Below, one piece after another: positions 52,686 to 64,000 of a stretch of 64,000 nt of DNA. Made by a program: the position numbers and the translations under genes. The stretch covers positions 14,818,001 through 14,882,000 of the forward strand of contig JAQFVV010000007.1 in assembly GCA_028023455.1 (NCBI GenBank), given 5' to 3'. Position 1 is the first letter of the stretch; the number at the start of each line of letters is the position of its first letter. The notes under the pieces are model-generated. The model was not told the DNA's origin. It did no database searches and worked only from the letters and a program-made list of their open reading frames with translations. The DNA is from Epiperipatus broadwayi (taxonomy: Eukaryota > Animalia > Onychophora).

Positions 52686-52890
52686 GGCCTAACCAGTGAC
52701 AATACTATCATGGGATTCAAACCTGGACCCTTAGATTCTTGAGTATTGAATTTTAAGGCAACACCCTGAGCCATCCTCTTACCTTTGGCAGGATGGTTCA
52801 GTTGGTTAGAGAGTTACCTTAAAATTCAATACTCAAGAATATAAGGGCCCAGGTTTGAATCCATACTAGTACTGTCACTGGTTAGGTCAG

Positions 52891-52940
52891 CAATGCCTGA
52901 AGAAGAGGGGAGAATAACATCTCTCAAAACATTGTGCATA
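52891..52940 (+). ncRNA. Type I hammerhead-like motif (family A, right arm), G12 mutated
   Basis: caatgc CTGAAGA a gaggg-ggagaataacat-ctctc AAAA catt gtgcat. Confidence 0.5.
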
Positions 52941-53854
52941 TACTAACCTGTTTGATGTGCTACTATTAACAGTTGAATGTATTTGGAATATTTAAATGAA
53001 GTTCAATTTCTTTAAAGACATTCAATATTTATATTTGATGGTGGAAGTAGTCCATTCTATAAGTATAACTAAAACACCATCATCACAAACCTTCAAGAAA
53101 CACAAAGATAAAGGATAGCATCATAAAATATAAAAAAAAAACATAATAATGGACCAGCATGTTCTAAATTTGGACATATTTGCAATTTCCAAATTGGTTT
53201 ATATGATTACTGCAAAATTTATCTCTAGTGTTATCATCATCATTTTTCTCTTAGAATTGGAATGAACTTCTTTTTTACTAAAAGTTGATGATGATGATTA
53301 TAATTAAAGTAACCATTCTCACAATCTTTTGGCCAAACAAAAAAAAATGGGTTATTTGGCAGCTTGTGTTGAAAACATTATAGTAGAATAAAAATTAGTA
53401 TACTGCTTAAATGAGAATCAGATATTTATTTTAAAAATAAAATCATAAAAATAAACAAATGTTGGAGAATGTGAGGTTAGTTGGGGTAGGATAATTTTTT
53501 TCTTTGTTTTTTTATATGTTGCTTTCATTTTCTAATATAACCTTTGTAGTGTAATGGTTATCACCACTATCTTTATGTCCTGATCTGGAGGACAACATTA
53601 GATATGTGATCTTTAGAAATTTTTATGTAACAAGCTATTTATGATTTATCACTGAGGTAGTTTGCTGTAGTCAATTCAACTAACGATCTAATAATAGTTA
53701 GCTGGAGGATAAAGGTTCTAGATTAATGCTAATTGAGTAGATGAGTGTAAAATAGTGATTATATATAGATGATTAATAGGGTGTTGGCATAATGGTATAG
53801 AAACTGAGTCTAAAACTTATCCTCTGAGATTTTAGTATGGTCATTTCAGCTCCA

Positions 53855-53960
53855 ATAAATAATAATAATAATAATAATCTTCTACTTCTCCTACTACTAC
53901 TACTACTACTCTTCCTATTTCCCCTACTACTACTCCTCCTTCTTCTTCTACTACTACAAT
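53855..53960. repeat. Low-complexity (AAT)n / (CTA)n / (CTT)n tract
   Basis: Directly visible. Confidence 0.9.
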
Positions 53961-54049
53961 AACACTAAAAATGAGTTTTGCTACGTTTATAATCAATCTG
54001 TAAGTCATAAATACATCTTCATACAGACAAATCTGTGAACAATAAATAG

Positions 54050-54300
54050 TTTACAAACTATTCTCTGCCATATCTCCCCGATGTAAACAATTAACATTGC
54101 ATTTCTTTAGAATGTTTTTAAAAACATTTTTATCACGTAAATGAGGTCTACATCTAAAGCTAAGCTCAAGTTTATCCTATTTAAAAGTCTTGTATTTTTC
54201 AATCGTTTTGTATGTCCAATTTACGGAAGATGTGATTTTACAATAATCGACTCTAACTCTGGCATTCTGTAAATTAAAGAATATGATGTTAATATATCTT
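54050..54300 (-). mobile_element. RTE LINE 3' fragment (same subfamily as 28860-29390)
   Basis: Minus translation RPHLRDKNVFKNILKKCNVNCLHRGDMAEN. Confidence 0.7.
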
Positions 54301-54699
54301 TTAATAAATCAATAGTTTTTCTCTTTTTCATTTAAAACTAATTCTTAAAATTAAAATGCAAATATATCTTTTTTGAAATGTTTGTAAGTACTTTAATTAA
54401 TTCTCTCAATTCTCCTAAGTCTTATCTTTACTTCTTTGTCATCATTAATATATTTATACTCTAACAACAACAAAAAAAGATTAATTAGCAAAGAAAGATC
54501 AATATAAAATAGTACAATTTTTTAACTGATTAGTAATTAAAAAACATAAGCCTTTACTTTTTTAAATATATTTGATTATAACACTCAAATATATATATAT
54601 TAATTTTTTACCAAAACAAACAGCAATTATTTAATATTAAATTAAAAAGAAGCCCTTTAAAAAAATTAGATGATTAAAATGCCTACCCACAATCTAATA

Positions 54700-55720
54700 G
54701 TTTTTATAATATTAATTCGCGGAACTTCTGTTGAACGACTTCCGCCAAAGTTTCAATCAGAATGTATTTACACTTTTCAAGGACCAATTAAGTTTAAGTA
54801 CTTCGCTTTTTTTTTTTTAATGAAATACCAAAAATAATTATTCTTTTCTTTTGAACTAGATGTCATAGAAGTTAGTTTTTAAAAAAAAGTCGATCGCAAA
54901 ACAAATTGCAGGCAAATCAATTAATAATCCAGGAGCTGTGAAAAGATGAAATGGGTAGTCTAAAACACTATAATGCGATTTCAATTTGTCATGGTTTCTA
55001 AGAAAATAAATATTTCCATCACAATCATTTCTGATAAGAATTTTACATTATTTTCTTTCTTTTTTTTTTTTCATAATATTTCAGCATAAGCACGTGTAAA
55101 AGTTTTAAATTACTTTTGTTTCAAAAACTAGAATTTAAAGTGAAACAATAATAAATCAAAAATGAATCCTCATATTATTTCTTCCCTAGTGATCATTTGA
55201 TATATTAGAAGATTTAGCTTGCAATGACCATTTTATAAAAAAATTTAACCCATTTATATATAAAGTATATAGAAATGAAATGTAATCAGACATTTAAAAA
55301 TTAAGACAATTTAGCTGAAGTGGCTAGATTTTTACATTCTGTAGTCTATGAGAAGAGTTGCGATAAGAATTTTGAAATAAATAATGCTATACACCTTAGA
55401 TTAAATACATACCTTTTTTTTTTTTACATTTCATATAAAAAAGTTTTAAGTTTATTCTGGGTTCTGATTTTAATCACGTGATTACATTTCTTATAACTAC
55501 GAAAATTGTTTTTTTGGGTTGTTTTTTTATTTTATGAAAATAGCCATTTTGATCGATATTATTTATCGGTTGGATGTATCAGCGTGCTTTGGGGCGGTTC
55601 TTTTAATTCAAAATGGCGGCCGTGAGCGCATACTAAATCGGCACCAAAAATGTCTTGCAGTCTTTTATTACAGGAAGCCATAACATTTAGCCATGCTGGT
55701 TCCATAAGTCAGATTTTGAG
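54700..55720. promoter_or_regulatory. CpG-retaining promoter-like region with YY1-type motif
   Basis: CAAAATGGCGGC at ~55609-55620, a GGGGCGG GC box at ~55591, and clustered CpG at 54715-54900 and 55550-55650. Confidence 0.5.
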
Positions 55721-56689
55721 GTACCTGCCTCTGGCATCAAACTGAAATAGACACTAAAGTGAAACATTACATTGACTATGTATATATTTATAAATATATT
55801 GAGTTGTACTAATCCATATTTTTTTCTAAAGTAGTCCTTGCTTTGCTCACTAGACAAGTTTAAATGTTTTTCAATAATTTTAAAATGAACATTTATTGAG
55901 GCTTGCAGCAGGTGCCAAATCTGCGCACCTAGCTCTAGCATTAGTAATTCTATACTGCTTCGGTTTCACTTTCTTACTTCCATGGTGTTACCATAATATA
56001 TCTTAAAAATAATATGAGGAAATATCCAAAAATAACTTGAATCAATCTCCGGAACTTGATGCCTCTTCTGGGAATCTCTCTAAACCATTGGATGGGAGTT
56101 AATTTATGATAATAGCAGGGAAAGTAGTTCACTATTTAAGGCTCAAACAGGATCACTAGCAACAACAGAATATGCACATAAATGAAGAAATGTGGTTGAT
56201 TTAGCCCGCAGGTTATGTAAGAAAGACATGGAAAATGATTAGACATATACATACAAGCAGAAAGGGTATAAATAATGTTGTGGGCAAATAAATATAAACC
56301 AAGTGATTATATAGAAAGTGGGTTATTGGTCTTTATGCTGAAATTGGGAAAATATAAGGGGAATCTAGATACAAAGGCCATGAAGTGAACAAAGATGATG
56401 TTGTGGATATGGGGTAAAGCAGGATATAGAAGAATATGAGGAAAATGTAAGTTGAGAAATGGAAAGGGAAGGTAATATGGTTAACAGGTTTTTCATGGAC
56501 ATATTGGCTGAGAGATTCCTACCTTCAATAAAGGAGTAACCATATTACATCACCAGTCTTCCAACTTTTGTCATCAAGAGAAGTTGTGCTATATCATATT
56601 AAATGTTTTTATTAATTGCAACTCGCTTATTTGTCAATTTCTCTAATAGCTGAAAAGTGTAAACAATATAAAATTCTGTTTACTATTAA

Positions 56690-57365
56690 GGAAAATAGCT
56701 GAAAAACAGTTATACTGCATAAAGCAGCTTACAAGTAAGCTGTTTTGAAGAAAATGCAAATGTAAAAGTAATTAATTGAAGTGTCAAATTTACCACATCC
56801 CAAAAAGATGTGGCAAGTTAAATTCAATATCAAAATGATACTGATTTTTTTGGTATTGTGGAGGAGAATTCAAGCAAAAATATGTTCACTCAAAATTTAT
56901 TCTTAATGATCGGATATATTAACTATAAGTTCTGAAATGTTTGTGTGATATGGTAAAATAAGAGTCAATTTTTTGCAAAGTGGAAAATGCAACCTTTACC
57001 ACAACAATGTACCAGTGCACCAAATCTTAAATGTGGTACAATTTTTTCTTAAATTTAGCAAGTCTCAGATTATCCATCAGCCATATTTACCTGATCTTAC
57101 TCTGGGTGCATTCTTTATATTCTCTCAAATAAAAAATGACCACAATTTTTTTTTAGGATTTAGAAGTGATGAAAAAAGTGGTGCAGGAGTTAAAAGGTAT
57201 CACTGTGCAAGAGTTTCCAAATTATTTCAAAAAGTGAAAAACAGATTTAGACCAGTGCATTGAATTAAAAGCAACTGTATTTGAAGGGTATTCAATTTGT
57301 AATACTTAAAATTAAATACACAATTTATTATTGCAAAATTCCAGCTATTTTTGAGTAGCCCCTTG
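56690..57365 (+). mobile_element. Mariner remnant with right terminal repeat
   Basis: LYHNNVPVHQILNVVQFFLKFSKSQIIHQPYLPDLTLGAFFIFSQIK. It ends ...ttttgagtagccccttgTA, like a mariner TIR plus TA. Confidence 0.88.
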
Positions 57366-58924
57366 TAACTAACACTGTAATAACTTTTAAAAATCAGCTT
57401 TTTTTTCAGTCGAAATAAACAGCATTCAATTGAGGTACTGAATCAAAGTTTCTTGAACTACTTAAGTAACACATTAACTACTAATTGCATGTATGTACTA
57501 CCCATAAATGGTACCCTCATTTACATATCAAGGAATAAGCTAATTAGCAAGTTTCAAAAATAAAAAATATGCAGTGAGAAATTTTGCCAGCTTTGAGCAA
57601 TAATAAATTAATTGATGACTACACAAAAAGAATTAAAATAATATATTTGAAAATATGAAAATGATATAATTTATTTAGAAAACAAATGTTAATATAATAT
57701 ATTTAATGGATAAATAATGACTGAAAAATAAATATTTTTAATAAACGTTAGGAAAATTGAGAAATTAAATTAATAATTTTGGCAAAAGTTAATTTATTTT
57801 TGGATAGAATTGTCTACATTGATGACACTTATTGAAAATATTTGTTTTTTGGTAATTGCTTGTTTGTCAAATGCAGTGAAGTCATGGTGTGTGCTGTATC
57901 AGTATATATAATCATAATTATAAACTATCCAAAAACTATATAAGGAAAAAATAAAAAAATTAACATTTTAAATCCAATAAAACTTTCAATATATCGGCAG
58001 GCATGTTTTTGTTTTAGAAACACATGATTAAGTTTATTAATAATGTTTTTTTGACTTACATTTGACACACATACATTTTATTCTTCACTTATTTTATCCT
58101 TTTTAAATTTTGATATGCTTTAGTATTTCATCTAATAAAATGTTTTCTAAACATAAAACTTAAAGTTTCATAAAATTTTGAAAAATTATAAAATATCTTT
58201 ATTACGTGATAAAATGAAAGTTATTGGTTTAATAGGATTACAAAAAACTTAATATATTTTTATATTGCATCAGAAATCTTAAACTTTGAAGAATTACATC
58301 AAGAACCTAAAATGGTTAATGGCAAATAGGAATGACTATATTGCTTCTGAAATTCAGATAGACTTTAAAACATCAAAATAACTAGACTGATCAGTTTTAT
58401 AATGAGACTAGCATAATGTTTTCAAAGGTAAAAAATAATTTACAAAAAGATTTCTTCCAGAGTGTGTATAATTGTGATAAAAGTCTGACCCTTTACTATT
58501 TATATTAATTTAAAAAATAATAATATGGTGCAATAAAAAAGAATGTTTTTTTTAAATAAATGACTGAACACATGCATTGAAAATACATATGTAAATGTGC
58601 TCCCTAAATTTATGATGAATAACTACATTATAATTGTCTTACATTATGTTTGTCTGTATTTATACTGTACACATAAAAGAAGTGGCTGTAATGTAGAAAT
58701 TCAGGTGTTGATATTCTACAACACTACACACCTGTTATTAATTAAATGAAAATTAAAGAATATATTTGGGCTAGAGATAATCTCTAGTTTAATGAATTAT
58801 CAGTAATCATCATTAATATATTGTTATAAAGTGTTTTCAGTCAAAGCTGTGGATGCAGAAAAGTTGACACAATTAAACAATAGTAAATTGTTATCTATAT
58901 AATCCTAAACAAGTTCTAAAAGTA

Positions 58925-59010
58925 TGTTTAAGAGATTGTGATCTGGGCCAGCTGATGAGTTCTGGTTCAGCATTAAATGTGCATTTTGGGGATCATTTAT
59001 CTTTTATATG
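58925..59010 (+). mobile_element. Family C fragment covering the hammerhead (G12 to T)
   Basis: gccag CTGATGA gttctggttcagcat TAAA tgtgcatt ttggg gatcatttatcttt. Confidence 0.75.
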
Positions 59011-59575
59011 TCTTTTTTATATGTCTTTAGTCATGTTTCAGGAAATTGTGATGAAATAGAGATTTAATATATACATGTAGGAAGTTAAAGTTCATGTATA
59101 ATAAAAAAAAAGTGTATATATACTTAAAATTTTAATATGGGCTATATATATTTATATTACTCACTTAAAAAAAGTGAACTGGTGTTTTAAAAAATATATT
59201 CAGTGTGTGTGTGAGAAATTGATCAGATTTCAGGGCTGGTGAAAAATTGTGATATGATTGGGGTAAGATGAAAGATGCACTGAGATAAAAATAACTATTG
59301 AAAATATATATATGTGTGTGTTAGCAAGCATTGTCCACCTGCAATTCAGTAATAAATATATATTCTATTGTAATCAAAGTTTATCAATAAAACATGAATT
59401 AAAGCATGTGAAGGAGGCTCAGAACAAAATATAATAGATATCTCAACTTTACTATATATAATTTTTATATATTTTCTAAATAATATTATTTCTACTTTTT
59501 TGTGTCTTTGTAACACCTGTTTGCCACCATTACTAACAAAACTTCTCACGGAACATATGCATTGATAGCACTTAC

Positions 59576-59610
59576 CCAAAATATTTGTTTTTCAATTACT
59601 GGTTTGTTAG
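59576..59610 (-). CDS. Candidate 35 nt exon (xNKPVIEKQIFW), protein not recognised
   Basis: tatatttAG acceptor and TGG|GTAAGT donor, with only one open frame. Confidence 0.25.
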
Positions 59611-61863
59611 CTAAATATAATATTTTTACATTGTTTGTTTTTTTTAAATAAATCATACTATTTTTATGTTTTCAAACATATTAGATTATTTTTGTGGTTG
59701 TTTTGTTTTGACATTTTTACAAAAAAAAATATAATAAAACATCAATTTGTTTATTCTGGTTTGGTCTACTTAGCAATGTGGAGTTGTGACTCCATACATG
59801 CAAATTAACACTTCAGATTATTTTATAAGATGTAGCACAGTAATATAATGATAGACTTGAGAACAAAATGTTTTTGATTTAATTAATTGTCAAAGAAATT
59901 GAATGAAAATATTGTTTTGAATTTGGCTTTTAATTTGAATGTTGAATATCTGACATTACTTATATGCCATATAAATATAAATAATTAATTATTTCTTTAT
60001 CTAGCATGGTATTTTTATTTGTAGTAGTCATAAGGGAATCACCCCTACACATGTGCTGCATGAATTTATAAAGGTTAGGAATACTATCACTTTCTAAACA
60101 AAAAATAGAGTGTGATGAAAAAAGATAGAGTCTTTGAAAACATAGGAATGAATCCAGTTCATCTTTTTTATCTAAATGGTTAAGATTGGCCTATGTATAT
60201 GCATTTAGGTAAGAAAGATAAGATAGATTCATTCTTATCATTTCAAAGACTTTATAGTTTTGGAAAGAAAGTAAGAGTATTTTCCAGCTTTATAAATTTA
60301 TACACAGCATGTATAGGGGTGAGTCTCTTATGTCTATTAAATACAATTTTTATAACATCAGATTCCTTTCTATTTACTTTATGCATTTCTTACTTTACTT
60401 CTTATGAGATAAATTCATATTATTCTAAAAGGTAAAAAGTCTCCAAGTATCTTATACAATTTATAATCTACAAAGTTTTATCCTTAACTTATCAGAGTCA
60501 CAGCTAATTTAAAAAATACAAACTCTTTTCTTAAATATGATTGCATATATCAGGTGCATAGATTCAAAGTCATGATTAACTGTGCATTGACTAACATTAT
60601 ACTACCACATTAGCTGTAACATGAGTTTTATAAAGATGCACATTGTTTGACAATAAATTGTAGCTGAGAAATATTGCAACCTTGGTATCATTGTGAAAAT
60701 AATTTACAGATTCTGATTAGAAATAAAAATGCCCTCCATGATTTGTTGCAGCAATGCTCAAACTTTTATGAACTCCCAAGCAATAAACCACATGATTTCT
60801 TTTTTTTTTTACTGAAAATAAATAAAAATTTAGATACTTTTATATAAATATAATAAAGGCCATTTTGAAGTGTTTTTAAATTTATTTTGCCTTTCAAAAC
60901 AATTAGTAATAAATGTATCTCTCAATAAATGCCAACTCTGCTGCAATTTTTTTGCTAGGATTAAACTGCATTTTTTTATCACAAACATTAATCCTTCTCT
61001 TAAGCAAATTGAAATATATATACAATAATGCAACTAAAGAAATTCTGAAGGGTGACTTTAATATATTTCTTCCATTAAAAAATATATTTCTGAATATTTT
61101 GCTGTACTGAATAATACTTTTCATTTTATTAATGGAAAATCATCTACATAGAATGTCTTCATATGGAATATGATATCCTTATTCTGCATTTAGCCTCCCT
61201 CGTATTTTTCAGATTTTCTATTCACCTATATGCTATGTTATTAAATAAGATTCAGAATTCACATATGACTGCTAAGCTCTTATAAAAACTTCAACATTTC
61301 TTTTTCCCTTAATATTGTTTATTTCTATGTACAAAAGAAGCTCAATTTGTGCAACTTGCTTTTCCAAGAATTACTTATTATCTTCCTATCATTATTATCT
61401 TAACTAAAAAGTTAAAATGTTGCTTATCTATTAAAACATACAAAATACAATGTTTCATTACCATATTTTGTTTTCTGCTTGTGTTTGCAAAGATCTGATG
61501 ATGTACTAATTCTTATGATACATTTTAACCCAACATATAAATATTTCTTCTTTGTTATCCATAACCACACTGCTATCTTACACATTAAATCGTGTGATGG
61601 TACATAAATTGCATCTCTAAGTTTACATAAATTTACCCTATCTTTTTTTAAAACAAATCCAACTGATTAAGAATCTCTATGAATTCATTACCTTTGATAT
61701 TTAATACTTATAATATGCTTTAAACATATATAGGTAAAGTTAATAAAAATTTCCACAAATAACAATGTTTAGTTTAGCACTTTCAGAGTATGTTTACTCC
61801 ATATTCATAGCCATTATTATGTGTTAAACATAATGAATGCAAATCATTATCCTGTCCATTTTT

Positions 61864-62270
61864 TCAATATTGTAAAACATGCATCCCTTTGATTGATGGG
61901 GTGTTTGAATCGTTCACAATGAAATACACTTCTTTTATTTTTCTTTTGGTATTATTTCTATCTTTGCAAACAATTTCAGCACTAGAAGGTTCAAATTTAT
62001 GATTAAATGTTTTTTGGTGTTCTGTAAATATTGAATTGCCTTCATTTTTGTTTACCACTCTATTGTACATCTATAAGTGCTGTACTACTCTATTGTTTAC
62101 TGTGACCTGAGATTCACCATAATATGTTGCCTTACAGCCAGTTTGAGGGTAGGTAATCTTATATACAACTTGTGGGGGCTTGGTCTGGATCTATTTTGTC
62201 ATTCATGTTGTTGATCATTCTATTTGTGTTTGGTGGAGTTCTGGGGTGTATTTTAAATTCATTAGATAAG
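61864..62270 (-). mobile_element. Penelope-like element GIY-YIG endonuclease remnant
   Basis: NDKIDPDQAP, then a frameshift, then VVYKITYPQTGCKATYYGESQVTVNNRVVQHL*MYNRVVNKNEGNSIFTEHQKTFNHKFEPSSAEIVCKDRNNTKRKIKEVYFI. This matches the PLE pattern VVYxIxCxxCxxxYIGxT..R..EH..S...EH....H.F......R...E...I. Confidence 0.78.
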
Positions 62271-64000
62271 TGTTTCACTATTTAATACATCAGTTGTTTT
62301 CTTTAATAATACACAAATTATTAGAAAAATCAAATATTAATGCTTACATCTAAATATATAATTTCTTTTAATAAGCATCAACTTCAAAATTTTTCCAGCT
62401 AAAGGAAATAATAGTAGACAATATTTTCTAACATAGATAATATCATCTTAAGGAAGTAAAAAGAAAGCTTAACAGATCATTTCCTGTTTTATTGCTTTCT
62501 TTTCAGATATACCAAATTGTAACTTCATACATCATTTGCCTATACACCACATTCCTCATAAGGTAATTCTCATCAATATTACCTTTGCAGTCTTTTGTTC
62601 TATGATCTTTGAGATGTTACTTTTTACTTTAATCCTATTTTTTAGAATTTTCTTCTATTAATAGAATAAAATCAAAATTGTGGATCAAGCTCCTAAATCT
62701 CTGTCACTGTCAAATGGTATATCATACCAGCAACAATGTTACATGATTTTTTCTTATTTTTACTCATACGTTTCTGGAAGAAGTCATCTTCAGTCTACTT
62801 TAAATCCATCTACTGTAAGCTCAAATATTCAATATATACTAAATGATATAACGTATTGATTCCAATTTGAATTCTAGTTATTGATGATGTCAGAAGTCAG
62901 AATCTTTCTGTAGATCGAGACTTTATAACACTATAACTTTTAGTAGCTATTGATTACTAAACTTATAGTGGTTTGTTCTAAGGCAATATTAAAATTATTT
63001 GGTCTTAAGTTTTTTAACAATAATTTTTATTGATATGTTTTATAACTATAATTTCAATTTGTTAATGTGAACTGTGATACATTTGCACAACTTGTTAATG
63101 CTCTTTATATATTTTATTACTAAACACTTTTAAAGTTGAATTTGAGGACTCTCAGTAATGACCAATTTAGTTACAATTATAGTGCAATTATAGTAATTAC
63201 AATCTTGACCAAACTACATTTTGTATAAATTACTGTAATTAGATGAAATGTTGTTAAAGTAATCTATAACTGCAAATCACTTTATTCTACAATTTACACA
63301 TTAGGAGAAAACAAGAGAAGTTCTTTATTTAAGTGTTATCTACTGCTACATTGAATAATGCAACAAAATGTCTGGTAATCCTTGCTTACTCAAGCTAGCA
63401 ATAGATGGTGCTAATGTTAATGAGATCTTGTAAAAACCTATCAATCTTTGTAATATGATTGAAAATAGATAATACTTTTTAAATAATGTGCAAATAAATA
63501 TTAAAAATAAGTTCTAAATTAATAATAAAATGAATTTTATTCAGTGAGATTAGGTAATAGAGTCTTTATGATTTGGAGTAATGGCAGAATGGCAGACAGG
63601 AGGTTAATATCCATATATCATATTCAGTTATGTCACATCCCAGTGGTCAGGCATTTTATACATTTTTAAGCTGTTCAGTTATTTTTGTCCTTGGGGGAAG
63701 AGAGTGAGATGATAGCCATATTTTATTACTGGATAAAATTCTACAAAGAAAAAAATTATTAATATTTATGAACTGAAATATGATACATTTTATACCATAA
63801 ATATTCAGAAAACACATGTGAGATATCAAAAGAAATTCAATAAATGGAGACATTTTGATATCTAGCTTCAGTCAAAAAAAGGCTCACTAGTATACAGGCA
63901 CTTAATATGTGGTTGATTATGATCCAAGTTAGAATAGACCATGTATCATTTATTGGTTGTAATTTAAAGAGAGGTGTTATGATTATCAATTACATACCAA

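Larger units (their letters stand above)
52505..53065. mobile_element. Family A palindromic element, copy 2
   Basis: Arms of ~270 bp around a 14 nt loop (52777-52790). A box TGGTTCAGTTGG at 52794-52805 and B box GGTTTGAATCC at 52852-52862, mirrored in the left arm. Confidence 0.92.

Noticed and set aside
52791-52870. Functional tRNA genes at 52791, 32955, 38645 or 53546
   Set aside because: A/B-box-like motifs are present, but acceptor and anticodon stems do not fold. Treated as SINE heads.
62740-62785. Minus-strand CTGAAGA tgacttcttcca GAAA cg TA near the PLE remnant
   Set aside because: Core letters are present but stems I and II do not pair convincingly. Single copy.

Overview
Very AT-rich, largely non-coding animal DNA. 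CpG is scarce except in a few patches, which suggests a methylated invertebrate genome, possibly an arthropod (inference; composition judged by eye). No complete host gene could be identified. There are only CpG-rich promoter-like patches and a few exon-like segments. The window is dominated by decayed transposons: RTE-clade LINEs, mariner derivatives, a palindromic MITE, tRNA-derived SINE heads and a Penelope-like (PLE) GIY-YIG endonuclease fragment. The main result is that four mutually unrelated short repeat families (my labels A-D) each carry a type I hammerhead ribozyme motif (stem I-CUGANGA-stem II-GAAA-short stem III-UH-stem I) at a fixed position. A is a tRNA-like head plus hammerhead in head-to-head palindromes. 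B is a ~430-450 bp tandem unit. C is a ~490 bp unit with a Pol III B box, inserted as partial tandems. D is a fold-back with tandem minimal hammerheads. Nine loci show inversions, all with the same head-to-head polarity. Together this looks like a set of non-autonomous 'retrozymes' that may be mobilised by a PLE. The class is known, but these families and architectures may not be. All alignments and folds were done by eye, and no ribozyme activity is demonstrated.
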